The notes: generated by a model from the sequence alone, not told the origin. A stretch of 60,734 bases of DNA from an uncultured Ectothiorhodospiraceae bacterium (GCA_964545695.1 CAZJGZ010000001.1:13953-74686); one strand, 5' to 3'. Shown: positions 14,340 through 23,244, numbered from the stretch's first letter. Numbers and translations: made by a program.

Positions 14340-15517
14340 CCGCGCGCGATGACCGCCTGACCGAGCTGCGCCGCGAAATCGGCGAGGTCGATCCGCAAGA
14401 GGCCCGGGCCGCCAGCGCCGACGGCAGTGCTGTCCTGCTCGATGTGCGCGAACCCGAGGAAGTTGCCCAGGGCAGCCCGGCCGATGCCCTGCGCCTCGGG
14501 CGCAGCTACCTCGAACTGCGCATCGAGGACAGCGTCGGCAATCGCGAGCAACCGATCCATGTGATGTGTGGTGGCGGTTCGCGCTCGCTGTTCGCCGCCG
14601 ACGACCTCAGGCGCATGGGCTATCACAACGTGCGCAGCGTGGCGGGTGGATTCAACCGCTGGAAGAACGAGGGTCTGCCCTATGAGATGCCGCGCGTGCT
14701 CGACGCCGCTGAGCGCGCCCGCTACGCCCGCCAGATCAGCCTGCCCGAGGTCGGCGAGGCCGGACAGGCGCGACTCGCCCAGGCTCGGGTCCTGCTGATC
14801 GGCGCGGGCGGTCTCGGCTCACCCGCGGCGCTGTACCTGGCCGCGGCCGGGGTGGGCACACTCGGCATCGTCGACCACGATGAGGTCGATCGCTCCAACC
14901 TGCAGCGCCAGATCCTGCACACCGATGCCCGCGTCGGCATGGCCAAGACCGAATCCGCACGCCAGTCCATCGCGGCGCTGAATCCGTCCGTGCAGGTGGA
15001 GACCTGGCAGGAACGTCTGAGCTCGGCCAACATCGAGCGGGTGTTTGCGGGCTACGACGTGATCGTGGATGGCTCGGACAATTTCCCCACGCGTTATCTG
15101 GTCAACGACGCCTGCGTCAAACTCGGGCTGCCCAACGTGCACGGCGCCGTCTTCCGCTTCGAAGGGCAAACCTCCGTGTTCTGGCCCGCCGGGCCCCAGG
15201 GCGGCCCCTGTTATCGCTGCCTCTATCCCGAACCGCCACCGCCGGAGCAGGCCCCCTCGTGTGCCGAGGGGGGCGTGATGGGCGTTCTGCCCGGCCTGAT
15301 CGGCATGATCCAGGCGCTGGAAACCCTGAAGATCGTGCTCGGCATCGGTGAAACCCTGGCCGGACGCCTGCTCTGTGTCGACGGCATGGAGAGCCGGTTC
15401 CGCGAGTTGCGCGTACGACGCGATCCGCAATGCCCGCTGTGCGCAGCCGACACGTTTCCCGGCTACATCGACTACGAACAGTTCTGTCAAACCTCATCAC
15501 CGGCGACCGCGGAATAG
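14336..15517 (+). CDS. moeB: MoeB/ThiF E1-like adenylyltransferase with N-terminal rhodanese domain
   Basis: Rhodanese LLDVRE...CGGGSRS, then RYARQ, GAGGLGS, SNLQRQ, DGSDNF, CYRC, PSCAEGG, CPLC. Confidence 0.92.
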   Translation: MTARDDRLTELRREIGEVDPQEARAASADGSAVLLDVREPEEVAQGSPADALRLGRSYLELRIEDSVGNREQPIHVMCGGGSRSLFAADDLRRMGYHNVRSVAGGFNRWKNEGLPYEMPRVLDAAERARYARQISLPEVGEAGQARLAQARVLLIGAGGLGSPAALYLAAAGVGTLGIVDHDEVDRSNLQRQILHTDARVGMAKTESARQSIAALNPSVQVETWQERLSSANIERVFAGYDVIVDGSDNFPTRYLVNDACVKLGLPNVHGAVFRFEGQTSVFWPAGPQGGPCYRCLYPEPPPPEQAPSCAEGGVMGVLPGLIGMIQALETLKIVLGIGETLAGRLLCVDGMESRFRELRVRRDPQCPLCAADTFPGYIDYEQFCQTSSPATAE

Positions 15518-15583
15518 CGTGCCGGCCGCACCGCATCCCCGGCACCGCCCGGGGCGATCCCCCACCCACCCCGGGAGTTCACC

Positions 15584-15718
15584 ATGACCCTGCATCTCGA
15601 ACTGGTGCCGATTCTTTCACTTGCCGCCGGTATCGCTATACTGGTGTTCCCGCGCCTGCTGAGCTATATCGTGGCGGCGTATCTGATAGCCGCCGGTGTC
15701 ATTGGTATCCTGATGTAG
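15584..15718 (+). CDS. DUF3096-like 44-aa membrane protein
   Basis: Read manually: MTLHLELVPILSLAAGIAILVFPRLLSYIVAAYLIAAGVIGILM*, with GGGAG RBS; below the ORF-track length cutoff. Confidence 0.8.
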   Translation: MTLHLELVPILSLAAGIAILVFPRLLSYIVAAYLIAAGVIGILM

Positions 15719-15760
15719 CCGCACCTCGACACGGCCGCCCGCATTTGCAACGGAGAGATC

Positions 15761-16762
15761 ATGTCCATCCCTGCCCCCCGCACCCGCATGACCCTGTGCA
15801 CCATCGCCGCGGTCTTTGCCGTCGGCACCCTCGGTCACGCGCATGCCAGCGAAGACACACGCTTCCTCACCATCGGCACCGGCGGTGTGACCGGCGTCTA
15901 CTATCCCACCGGTGGCGCCATCTGCCGCTTCGTCAATCGCCAGCGCGATGAGCACGGCCTGCGCTGCTCCACCGAGAGCACCGGAGGTTCAGTCTACAAT
16001 CTGAACACCATGCGCGCCGGCGACCTCGACTTCGGCATCGTTCAGTCGGACTGGCAGTACCACGCCTATAACGGCAGTGAGGAATTTGCCGATTCAAGCC
16101 CCTACGAAGCGCTCCGCGCCGTGTTCTCGCTGCATCCCGAACCGTTCACGCTGGTGGCGCGCGCCGACAGCGGTATCGAACACTTCGATGACCTGAAGGG
16201 CAAGCGGGTCAACGTCGGCAATCCGGGATCGGGCCAGCGTGCCAACATGGAGCAGCTGATGGCGCGCAAGGGCTGGACCATGGACGACTTCCGCATGGCC
16301 GCCGAGCTGCGGGCTCCGGAGATGCCGCGCGCACTGTGCGATGGCGACGTCGAAGCGTTCGTCTACGTTGTCGGTCATCCATCCGGCGCCATCAGTGAAG
16401 CCGCGAGCACCTGCGACGTGCGCGTGGTCGACGTCACCGGCGATGCCGTCGATGAGCTGATCGAGGAATTCCCGTTCTACCGCTATGCCACCATCCCCGG
16501 CGGCATGTATGCAGGCACGCCGGACGACGTCACCACCTACGGTGTCGGCGCCACCATGGTGACCTCCGCTGGTGTGCCGGCTGACATCGTGTACGAGGTT
16601 GTCCGGGGTGTATTCGAGAACTTCGAGCAGTTCAAGGCGATGCATCCATCGCTCGGCGTGCTCGAGGCCGAGACCATGGCCAGTGATGGCCTGTCGGCAC
16701 CGCTGCACGAGGGCGCTCGCCGCTACTTCGAGGAAGCCGGCCTCATCAGCAGTGACGACTAA
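15761..16762 (+). CDS. TAXI-family TRAP transporter solute-binding subunit
   Basis: Signal peptide, IGTGGVTGVYYPTGG, STGGSVYN, QSD, GNPGSG, PLHEGARRYF. Confidence 0.95.
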   Translation: MSIPAPRTRMTLCTIAAVFAVGTLGHAHASEDTRFLTIGTGGVTGVYYPTGGAICRFVNRQRDEHGLRCSTESTGGSVYNLNTMRAGDLDFGIVQSDWQYHAYNGSEEFADSSPYEALRAVFSLHPEPFTLVARADSGIEHFDDLKGKRVNVGNPGSGQRANMEQLMARKGWTMDDFRMAAELRAPEMPRALCDGDVEAFVYVVGHPSGAISEAASTCDVRVVDVTGDAVDELIEEFPFYRYATIPGGMYAGTPDDVTTYGVGATMVTSAGVPADIVYEVVRGVFENFEQFKAMHPSLGVLEAETMASDGLSAPLHEGARRYFEEAGLISSDD

Positions 16763-16824
16763 TGGACGCCCGGGCCGCGCCCCGGTAGCTCATTAGGCAC
16801 GGAGAACCGACACTGAAGCGCGAC

Positions 16825-19437
16825 TTGCCCGCCAGCGAGACCGGCGTGCGCCAGCCGCATGGCCCGGCGGCGGCATGGGCGCTCGCCGGTATGGCCGGCG
16901 CCTGGTCGCTGTTCCAGCTCTGGTATGCCTCGCCGCTGCCCTATCAGCTGGGCTTCGGCGCGTTCAACAGCACCGAAGCACGCTCCATCCACCTCGCATT
17001 TGCCATTGCCCTGGCGTTTCTGGCCTGGCCCGCGACCCGCGGGCGCAATCTGCATCGACTGCCGTGGCTCGATGTCGGCCTGGCGGCCGTCGGGGCATTC
17101 TGTGCGGCGTATCTGTTCCTGTTCCAGGACGCCCTCGCCGGGCGTCCGGGAAGTCCCACGACCACGGACATGATCGTGGCGGCCACGGGCATGATCCTGC
17201 TGCTGGAGGCCGCGCGCCGCAGCCTCGGCCTGCCACTGATGGTGATTGCGCTTGTCTTCATCGGTTACATGTTCTTCGGCTCGGCGTCCTGGCTACCCGA
17301 CATGATCCAGTGGCGCGGCGCCTCGCTGGCCCGCGCGACCTCGCACCAATGGCTCACCACCGAGGGAGTCTTCGGCATACCACTGGGCGTCTCCACCGGC
17401 TTCGTGTTCCTGTTCGTGCTGTTCGGTTCGCTGCTGGAACGCGCGGGCGCCGGTGCCTGGTTCATCCGCGTCGCCTTCGCCCTCCTCGGCGGTTTTCGCG
17501 GCGGGCCGGCCAAGGCAGCCGTCCTTGCCTCCGGCATGACCGGCGTGATCTCCGGCTCATCGATCGCCAACGTCGTCACCACCGGCACCTTCACCATTCC
17601 GCTGATGCGCCGCGTCGGCTTCAGCGCGAACAAGGCCGGCGCCATCGAGGTCGCGAGTTCGGTCAACGGCCAATTGATGCCACCGGTGATGGGTGCGGCT
17701 GCGTTTCTCATGGTCGAATTTCTCGGCATCCCCTATGTCGAGGTGATCCGTCACGCCCTGCTGCCCGCGGTCATCTCCTACATCGCCCTGCTCTACATGA
17801 TCCACCTGGAGGCGGTGAAGGCGGACATGCGCGGGCTGCCACGGAGCCGCCCGCGCAGCGCCTATCACATCGCCCTCGCCTGGGGCGTGATCGGAACGAG
17901 CGTGGTCATCCTCGCGGGAGCGATCTACTACGGCATTGGCTGGATCCGGCTGGTCGCCGGCGATGCGGCCACCGCCATCGTGGCTGGCCTTGTCCTTCTC
18001 GCCTATATCGGGCTGCTCGCCATCGCGGCCCGCGAACCCGAGCCGCGCGACGACATGGCAACCGGGCCGATCACTCAACTGCCCGAGCCCGGACCGACAG
18101 CGCGCGCGGGTCTCCACTACCTGCTCCCGGTCGTGGTCCTGATCTGGTTCCTCCTGGTCGAGCGCCGATCACCGGGAGCCTCCGCGTTCTGGGCAGTCAT
18201 GAGCCAGATCGTCATCATCCTCACCCAGCGCCCGCTGCTCGCCTTGCTGCGCCGGGAGTCCCGCATCGCTCGCCACGCCCTCAACGGTCTGCGCGACCTG
18301 GGCGCCGGGCTGGTACTCGGCGCGCGCAACATGATCGGCATCGGGGTCGCCACGGCCACCGCCGGCATCATTGTCGGCACGGTGACACTGACGGGAATCG
18401 GCCAGGTGATGACCGAATTCGTCGAATTCATCTCCGGTGGTTACCTGCTGCCCATGCTCATGATGACCGCCGTGATCTGCATCATCCTCGGCATGGGCCT
18501 GCCCACCACGGCGAATTACATCGTGGTGTCCTCGCTCATGGCCCCGGTGATCGTCACGCTGGCGGGTGATCACGGCCTGATCGTGCCCCTGATCGCCGTG
18601 CATCTTTTCGTCTTCTATTTCGGCATCATGGCCGATGTGACCCCACCGGTGGGCCTGGCCGCGTACGCTGCCTCGGCCATCTCGGGCGGTGAGCCCATCC
18701 GTACCGGCATCCACGCCTTCTGGTACAGCCTGCGCATGGCGATCCTGCCGTTCCTGTTCGTGTTCAACACGGAATTGCTGCTGATCGACATCGGCGGCTT
18801 CTGGCACCTGGCCGGTATCGTCACTGCCGCGACGACCGGCATGTTATTGCTCGCCGCAGCGCTCCAGGGATGGATGTTCACGCGTTTGCGGATGCTGGAG
18901 ATCGCCGCGCTGCTGCTCGCCGCCTTCACGCTGTTTCATCCCGGATTCTGGATGGATCGCTGGATGCCACCCCATGAGGATCGACCGGCGGCGGAATTGC
19001 GCGAACACGTGGAACAGGCCCCGGCGGACGGCCACCTGCAGATCATCGTCGAACGCGAGGATTTTTCCGGTCAGGTGTATCGGCGGATCGAAACGCTCGA
19101 CCTCGGACCGCCGGGTGATTTTTCGCAGCGGATGGACCGCGCCGGTCTGATGTTTCTGGAACGCACGGATGAGGGATGGCAGGCCGAACCCCGCTTCGGT
19201 CACGACCTCGACGACGAGCGATATGCTCCGGAAATGCATATCGCCGAAGTCCGGCTGCACCGGGAGCAGCCGCCGGCGCAGTGGTTCCTGCCACCGGCCG
19301 TGCTGCTTGCCGCATTGGTCATCTGGCTGAACCGCCGTCGCAGCCGTATCGAAAGCCCGACCCGACCCTGCCAGGATCCCGGCAGTGGTACCGACAGCGG
19401 TGACGGCGCGGCGGGCACATCGGACCCGGTCCGGTAA
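16825..19437 (+). CDS. TRAP transporter fused 4TM/12TM permease (TAXI-associated); start uncertain
   Basis: GGPAKAAV, SGSSIANV, GQLMPPVMGAAAF, GMGLPTTANY, ADVTPPVGLA. The start may be ATG 16762 (interrupted by TAG), CTG 16813 or TTG 16825. Confidence 0.9.
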   Translation: MPASETGVRQPHGPAAAWALAGMAGAWSLFQLWYASPLPYQLGFGAFNSTEARSIHLAFAIALAFLAWPATRGRNLHRLPWLDVGLAAVGAFCAAYLFLFQDALAGRPGSPTTTDMIVAATGMILLLEAARRSLGLPLMVIALVFIGYMFFGSASWLPDMIQWRGASLARATSHQWLTTEGVFGIPLGVSTGFVFLFVLFGSLLERAGAGAWFIRVAFALLGGFRGGPAKAAVLASGMTGVISGSSIANVVTTGTFTIPLMRRVGFSANKAGAIEVASSVNGQLMPPVMGAAAFLMVEFLGIPYVEVIRHALLPAVISYIALLYMIHLEAVKADMRGLPRSRPRSAYHIALAWGVIGTSVVILAGAIYYGIGWIRLVAGDAATAIVAGLVLLAYIGLLAIAAREPEPRDDMATGPITQLPEPGPTARAGLHYLLPVVVLIWFLLVERRSPGASAFWAVMSQIVIILTQRPLLALLRRESRIARHALNGLRDLGAGLVLGARNMIGIGVATATAGIIVGTVTLTGIGQVMTEFVEFISGGYLLPMLMMTAVICIILGMGLPTTANYIVVSSLMAPVIVTLAGDHGLIVPLIAVHLFVFYFGIMADVTPPVGLAAYAASAISGGEPIRTGIHAFWYSLRMAILPFLFVFNTELLLIDIGGFWHLAGIVTAATTGMLLLAAALQGWMFTRLRMLEIAALLLAAFTLFHPGFWMDRWMPPHEDRPAAELREHVEQAPADGHLQIIVEREDFSGQVYRRIETLDLGPPGDFSQRMDRAGLMFLERTDEGWQAEPRFGHDLDDERYAPEMHIAEVRLHREQPPAQWFLPPAVLLAALVIWLNRRRSRIESPTRPCQDPGSGTDSGDGAAGTSDPVR

Positions 19438-19441
19438 TCGC

Positions 19442-20395
19442 TCAGGCAGTCGGATCACTCAGCCGGAAGTGTTCCGACATGTACTTCTCGCCTTCATCGC
19501 AGAACAGCGTAACGATGTTGCGCAGTTCCGGATGACGCTCGCGCAGGCGTTTGGCAGCCAGCAGATGACCGCCGGAACTCGGCCCCACGAACACGCCATG
19601 TTCTCGCGCCAGACGACGCATTTCGGCGATCGAGTCGCTACTCTCGATGGAGATGAAGTCGTCGATCTCGTCGCGATGGTTCTGCACGATCACCGGAACG
19701 AAGCCGTCGGCGATGCCCTCGATCAGATGCTTCCCGGTCTCGCCACAGACGATGGTGCAGGACTCCTCCGGCTCCATGCCGACCAGGCGGCAGTCGGGAT
19801 TCACGGCGCGGAAGGCCTGGCCCACACCGACCAGCGTGCCACCGGTACCGATGCCGACCACCAGCGCATCGGGTTTCTCGCCATCGGGAAGCTGGCGCAG
19901 GATCTCCTGGCCCAACCACTCCCGGTTCTCCTCGACATTCCATTCCGATGCAAACTGGCGGGGACAGAAATAGCCCTCTTCCTCACCGAGTTGTTCCGCC
20001 TTTTCCAGTGCCGCATTGACGTGAAAGTCCCCCACGAGCAGGACTTCGGCACCGAGTGCACGCGAGATCGCGAGTCGCTCGGAACTCATGCCATTGGGCA
20101 TCACCACCAGCATGCGGTAGCCCTTGACCGCCGCCACCATCGACAACGCATTCCCGGTATTGCCGCTGGAGGCCTCGACGATGGTGTCGCCCGGTTTGAG
20201 CAGGCCTTCGCGCTCCGCACGTTCGATCATGTACTTGGCGATACGCGCCTTGATCGACCCGGATGGATTCAGGAACTCGAGCTTGCACCAGATGCCGTCG
20301 ACATTGATCAACGGGGTATTGCCGATGCCGTCGAGCACACTGGCGGAACCGCCCGCCTTGCCGACGATGCACTCGGGTCGTACCAGATCGTCCAT
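19442..20395 (-). CDS. PLP-dependent cysteine synthase-family enzyme (atypical)
   Basis: IGNTPL, KLEFLNPSGSIKAR (PLP Lys), EASSGNTG, GIGTGGT, HLIEGI, GPSSG; AGGAG RBS before ATG 20395. Confidence 0.88.
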   Translation of the reverse strand: MDDLVRPECIVGKAGGSASVLDGIGNTPLINVDGIWCKLEFLNPSGSIKARIAKYMIERAEREGLLKPGDTIVEASSGNTGNALSMVAAVKGYRMLVVMPNGMSSERLAISRALGAEVLLVGDFHVNAALEKAEQLGEEEGYFCPRQFASEWNVEENREWLGQEILRQLPDGEKPDALVVGIGTGGTLVGVGQAFRAVNPDCRLVGMEPEESCTIVCGETGKHLIEGIADGFVPVIVQNHRDEIDDFISIESSDSIAEMRRLAREHGVFVGPSSGGHLLAAKRLRERHPELRNIVTLFCDEGEKYMSEHFRLSDPTA

Positions 20396-20561
20396 GGGGA
20401 CACTCCTGTGCGCTGGTGAGTCGGTCGATACTGTCGGCCCGCTACAATGATTGGGATGTCGCCGCGGACAGCGATCGAATTCTTCCATCGGGCCGGACGA
20501 TGGTCAACGCAGATGGCGTCCGATTGTCGCCTTCGGGCATGGCGGTGTCGCGCCCCGACGT

Positions 20562-21338
20562 TCAGTCGGGCGTGCGTGACGAACCTTCACCAGCACCGCT
20601 CAGGTGCGATGCTTCGGTCGATTCCACCAGCGTCAGCGCCGAGAGATCCTTCAATTTCTTCCAGATGTCTTCATCGACTTCCATGCCGGACTCGAGCACG
20701 CGCCGGGATTGCAGCTCGAATTCCTCCGGGCCGAGCACCTGCAGCAGGGTTGCCTCATCAGGATTCGGATGCAGCGCCTGCAACATGGAAAAGTGCGGTG
20801 ACGCAATGAGCGTCACGGAGCGATTGCGCGTCAGGCGATCATCCGGGTCTTCAACCTCGTACAGCAGCAGGGTTGGATACTCCTCGTATGCCCGGATCGA
20901 AACGACCTGTTCGACCACTACCGGCTCTTCACTGTTGCGCCAGAAGGCCATCAGGTTCATGCCCCGGCGTGCACAGCGCGCCAGATATCCGACCATCAAT
21001 ATCCGGTTGTAACAGTCGTGCAGCTTGACGACCGCAAGCCCCTTGCGCCGCGCCTTGGCGTACGCGAGATCCGCCGCCAGGCTGCCGCAGACCAGAACCG
21101 AGTTGCTGGCGGCGTTGATGACCGCCATCGAGGAATCCTCGAAGGAGCGTGACATGCCGGAACGATCGCTGCTGGCCAGATAGTCCATGCCACGACGCAG
21201 CGCCTCGACACCACCGAGGCCATGCTGTTCCAGCCACACCACCATGTCGGCAGCGTCCTCGTGATCCCCGGCGTGGAACCCGAGGCCCTCGAATGCGCGG
21301 CGACAGAGGCCCGTGAGCTCGTTGTGCGAGACCTTCAT
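20562..21338 (-). CDS. DUF3726-like protein
   Basis: MKVSHNEL..LCRRAFEGLG N-terminus and C-terminal LVESTEASHLSGAG recall DUF3726; ATGA coupling to the upstream gene. Confidence 0.7.
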   Translation of the reverse strand: MKVSHNELTGLCRRAFEGLGFHAGDHEDAADMVVWLEQHGLGGVEALRRGMDYLASSDRSGMSRSFEDSSMAVINAASNSVLVCGSLAADLAYAKARRKGLAVVKLHDCYNRILMVGYLARCARRGMNLMAFWRNSEEPVVVEQVVSIRAYEEYPTLLLYEVEDPDDRLTRNRSVTLIASPHFSMLQALHPNPDEATLLQVLGPEEFELQSRRVLESGMEVDEDIWKKLKDLSALTLVESTEASHLSGAGEGSSRTPD

Positions 21339-23080
21339 GCCTTCTCCTTGCTGTCGGTCTTGGCGGGCATGGCCGGCATGAACCAGTCGTCATCAAACTG
21401 CGTTCCCAGATCCTCGACCAGTGGCGCCCCCTGAAACAGCGTGATCCGCACCCAGCGATCGGAGCGCGGATCGAACTTGCTCGCGCCAAAGAACGATAGT
21501 TTGCAGCGCAGCAGATGCATCGGCAGCATCTCGCGATCGAGCAGATTCGCCCGGATCTCCCCATAGTGCGTCTGCGCCATCGACTGGATACGCCGTACGA
21601 TTGCCTTCAGATCGGGATTCTCCAGCAGGAACTCGACCACACTGATGCGATCACCGTGCGTCTGCCGATACTCGCCGATGCGGTCGTAAGCACGCCGTAC
21701 CTGCCGGGCGATATCCAGTGGCATCTCCCGGTCCGCGCCCGGCTCCTGGCCGCGCACACCCAGTCGTGGTTCCTCCTTCTCCACCGAGCGGTACCAGAAC
21801 CAGTACTGTGCATCCTGGTCGCTGAAATCGTAGGCCAGGGCCCAGTCGTAATGCACCTCGATCTGCTCGCACAGTCGCTCGAGGGTCATGTCCGGGATCA
21901 GGTCATGCTGCTCGGCGGCACCCATGTGCCGTTCGAGCTCGTCGACCTGCTCGGGGTAGAGCTCGATGATGAGCGAATGCACCATTTCCTGCGTTTCGAG
22001 TGACCACGTCGACCGCGCATGGTCGGAGAGCTGCTTCCACAGCGTCCTGTCATCGCCCGCAGCCTCGTTGAGCCAGCCCCAGGCCGTGCACAGTTCCTCG
22101 ACCATCGTGGCGTTGAGGCGCTGCTGGCGCTCATCGTCGGTCGTCGTCTCGCGCGTGTGCTGGGCAGCACGATCGATCAGTGCAAGCAATCGCTGTCGAC
22201 GCGGCTCATCCCCCGGTTGCGCGAGGCTGCGCGCCAATGCCGTCTCGCGCATCAGCACCCACTGATTAATCAGTGACGGATGGCTGAGCAGGAATGGCGC
22301 CATGCCCAGGCCGGTGGAATTGCCGATACCCAGATAGCGGCGCAATCCGTCGGCCAGCGGTATGGCCTTGTCCGGGGCCCGAGCGGCTGCGATGTGCTCC
22401 ACTTGCTCGATGCTGAAGTGACGCAGCATGTAGACGGTGAACATCTGCGCCGAGAATGGCAGGCCGAAGTCATCCCAGCCACGAATCCGGGGGTAATCGG
22501 CAATCCCGAACTTGCCGTTGCCATACACGGCGGTGGTTCGATAGAGATACCCGACCCGGGCAATCCACTCCGGATCCGGCTGTTCGCCCTGTGACAGGGC
22601 GTCCACCACGGCGTTGAAGTTGCGGACGCTGCGATTGGCGCGGGACAGAACGAGGACACTCGGATCACAGCGTCCAGCCTCCTGCCGGGGAATGTTGTAG
22701 CGCAAGGCTTCGAGTCGGTCCTCATCGACATCACCGACACACAGGCCGAACGCACAATCCCAGGCATTGGCAATCACCCGGTCCGAGCGCTGACTCTCAT
22801 CCAGATACTGCGAAAACAGTACGAAATTGTAGGTGGCATCGCACGTAACCACTCGATAAACGGCCGTGCCATAACCTTCCGGGTCGATATCAAAGCGCAG
22901 GCGCTCGATCGACCATTGCTCGCGCATCATCTTGCGCATGATGGTGCGAATGAAACTGATCCGGGTTGCGTGCAGGCTACCCAGGCGTTCAAGCCGCATG
23001 ACCTCATCCGCCGGGCGCAGATCAACGCCCCCATCGTGCGGCCACGGCAAGGGCCGATCACTCCGGCTTTCCGGCAACAT
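21335..23080 (-). CDS. Conserved hypothetical 581-aa protein of the betaine catabolic cluster
   Basis: Long ORF with conserved-looking motifs (RSDRVIA, LSRANRS, RTTAVYGNGKFG, GIGNSTGLGMAPFL, KEEPRLG, FGASKFDPRSDRWVRITLFQGAP). Confidence 0.85.
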   Translation of the reverse strand: MLPESRSDRPLPWPHDGGVDLRPADEVMRLERLGSLHATRISFIRTIMRKMMREQWSIERLRFDIDPEGYGTAVYRVVTCDATYNFVLFSQYLDESQRSDRVIANAWDCAFGLCVGDVDEDRLEALRYNIPRQEAGRCDPSVLVLSRANRSVRNFNAVVDALSQGEQPDPEWIARVGYLYRTTAVYGNGKFGIADYPRIRGWDDFGLPFSAQMFTVYMLRHFSIEQVEHIAAARAPDKAIPLADGLRRYLGIGNSTGLGMAPFLLSHPSLINQWVLMRETALARSLAQPGDEPRRQRLLALIDRAAQHTRETTTDDERQQRLNATMVEELCTAWGWLNEAAGDDRTLWKQLSDHARSTWSLETQEMVHSLIIELYPEQVDELERHMGAAEQHDLIPDMTLERLCEQIEVHYDWALAYDFSDQDAQYWFWYRSVEKEEPRLGVRGQEPGADREMPLDIARQVRRAYDRIGEYRQTHGDRISVVEFLLENPDLKAIVRRIQSMAQTHYGEIRANLLDREMLPMHLLRCKLSFFGASKFDPRSDRWVRITLFQGAPLVEDLGTQFDDDWFMPAMPAKTDSKEKA

Positions 23081-23244
23081 GGGCTCTACCTCCCCGGGGA
23101 TGCTCCCCGAATCGTCGGTGTCAGGTTGCTGAACAAGGCAACCATGTTGAAGCGTTTCGCATCGTGCAAGCGCTGCAGGTAATCGGCTGTTCCGGGCTCC
23201 TCTGGTTCCGGGACTCCTCTGCTGCCGCGCCGCATGTTACGGCC

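Noticed and set aside
13612-15517. Anti-phage ubiquitination system (CBASS Cap2/3 or Bil/Bub-like)
   Set aside because: No E2 domain, cyclase or effector; the E1 has a rhodanese and the context is metabolic.
16875-18569. 564-aa alternative-frame ORF inside the TRAP permease
   Set aside because: Arg/Pro/His-rich shadow frame typical of high-GC DNA, with no motifs.
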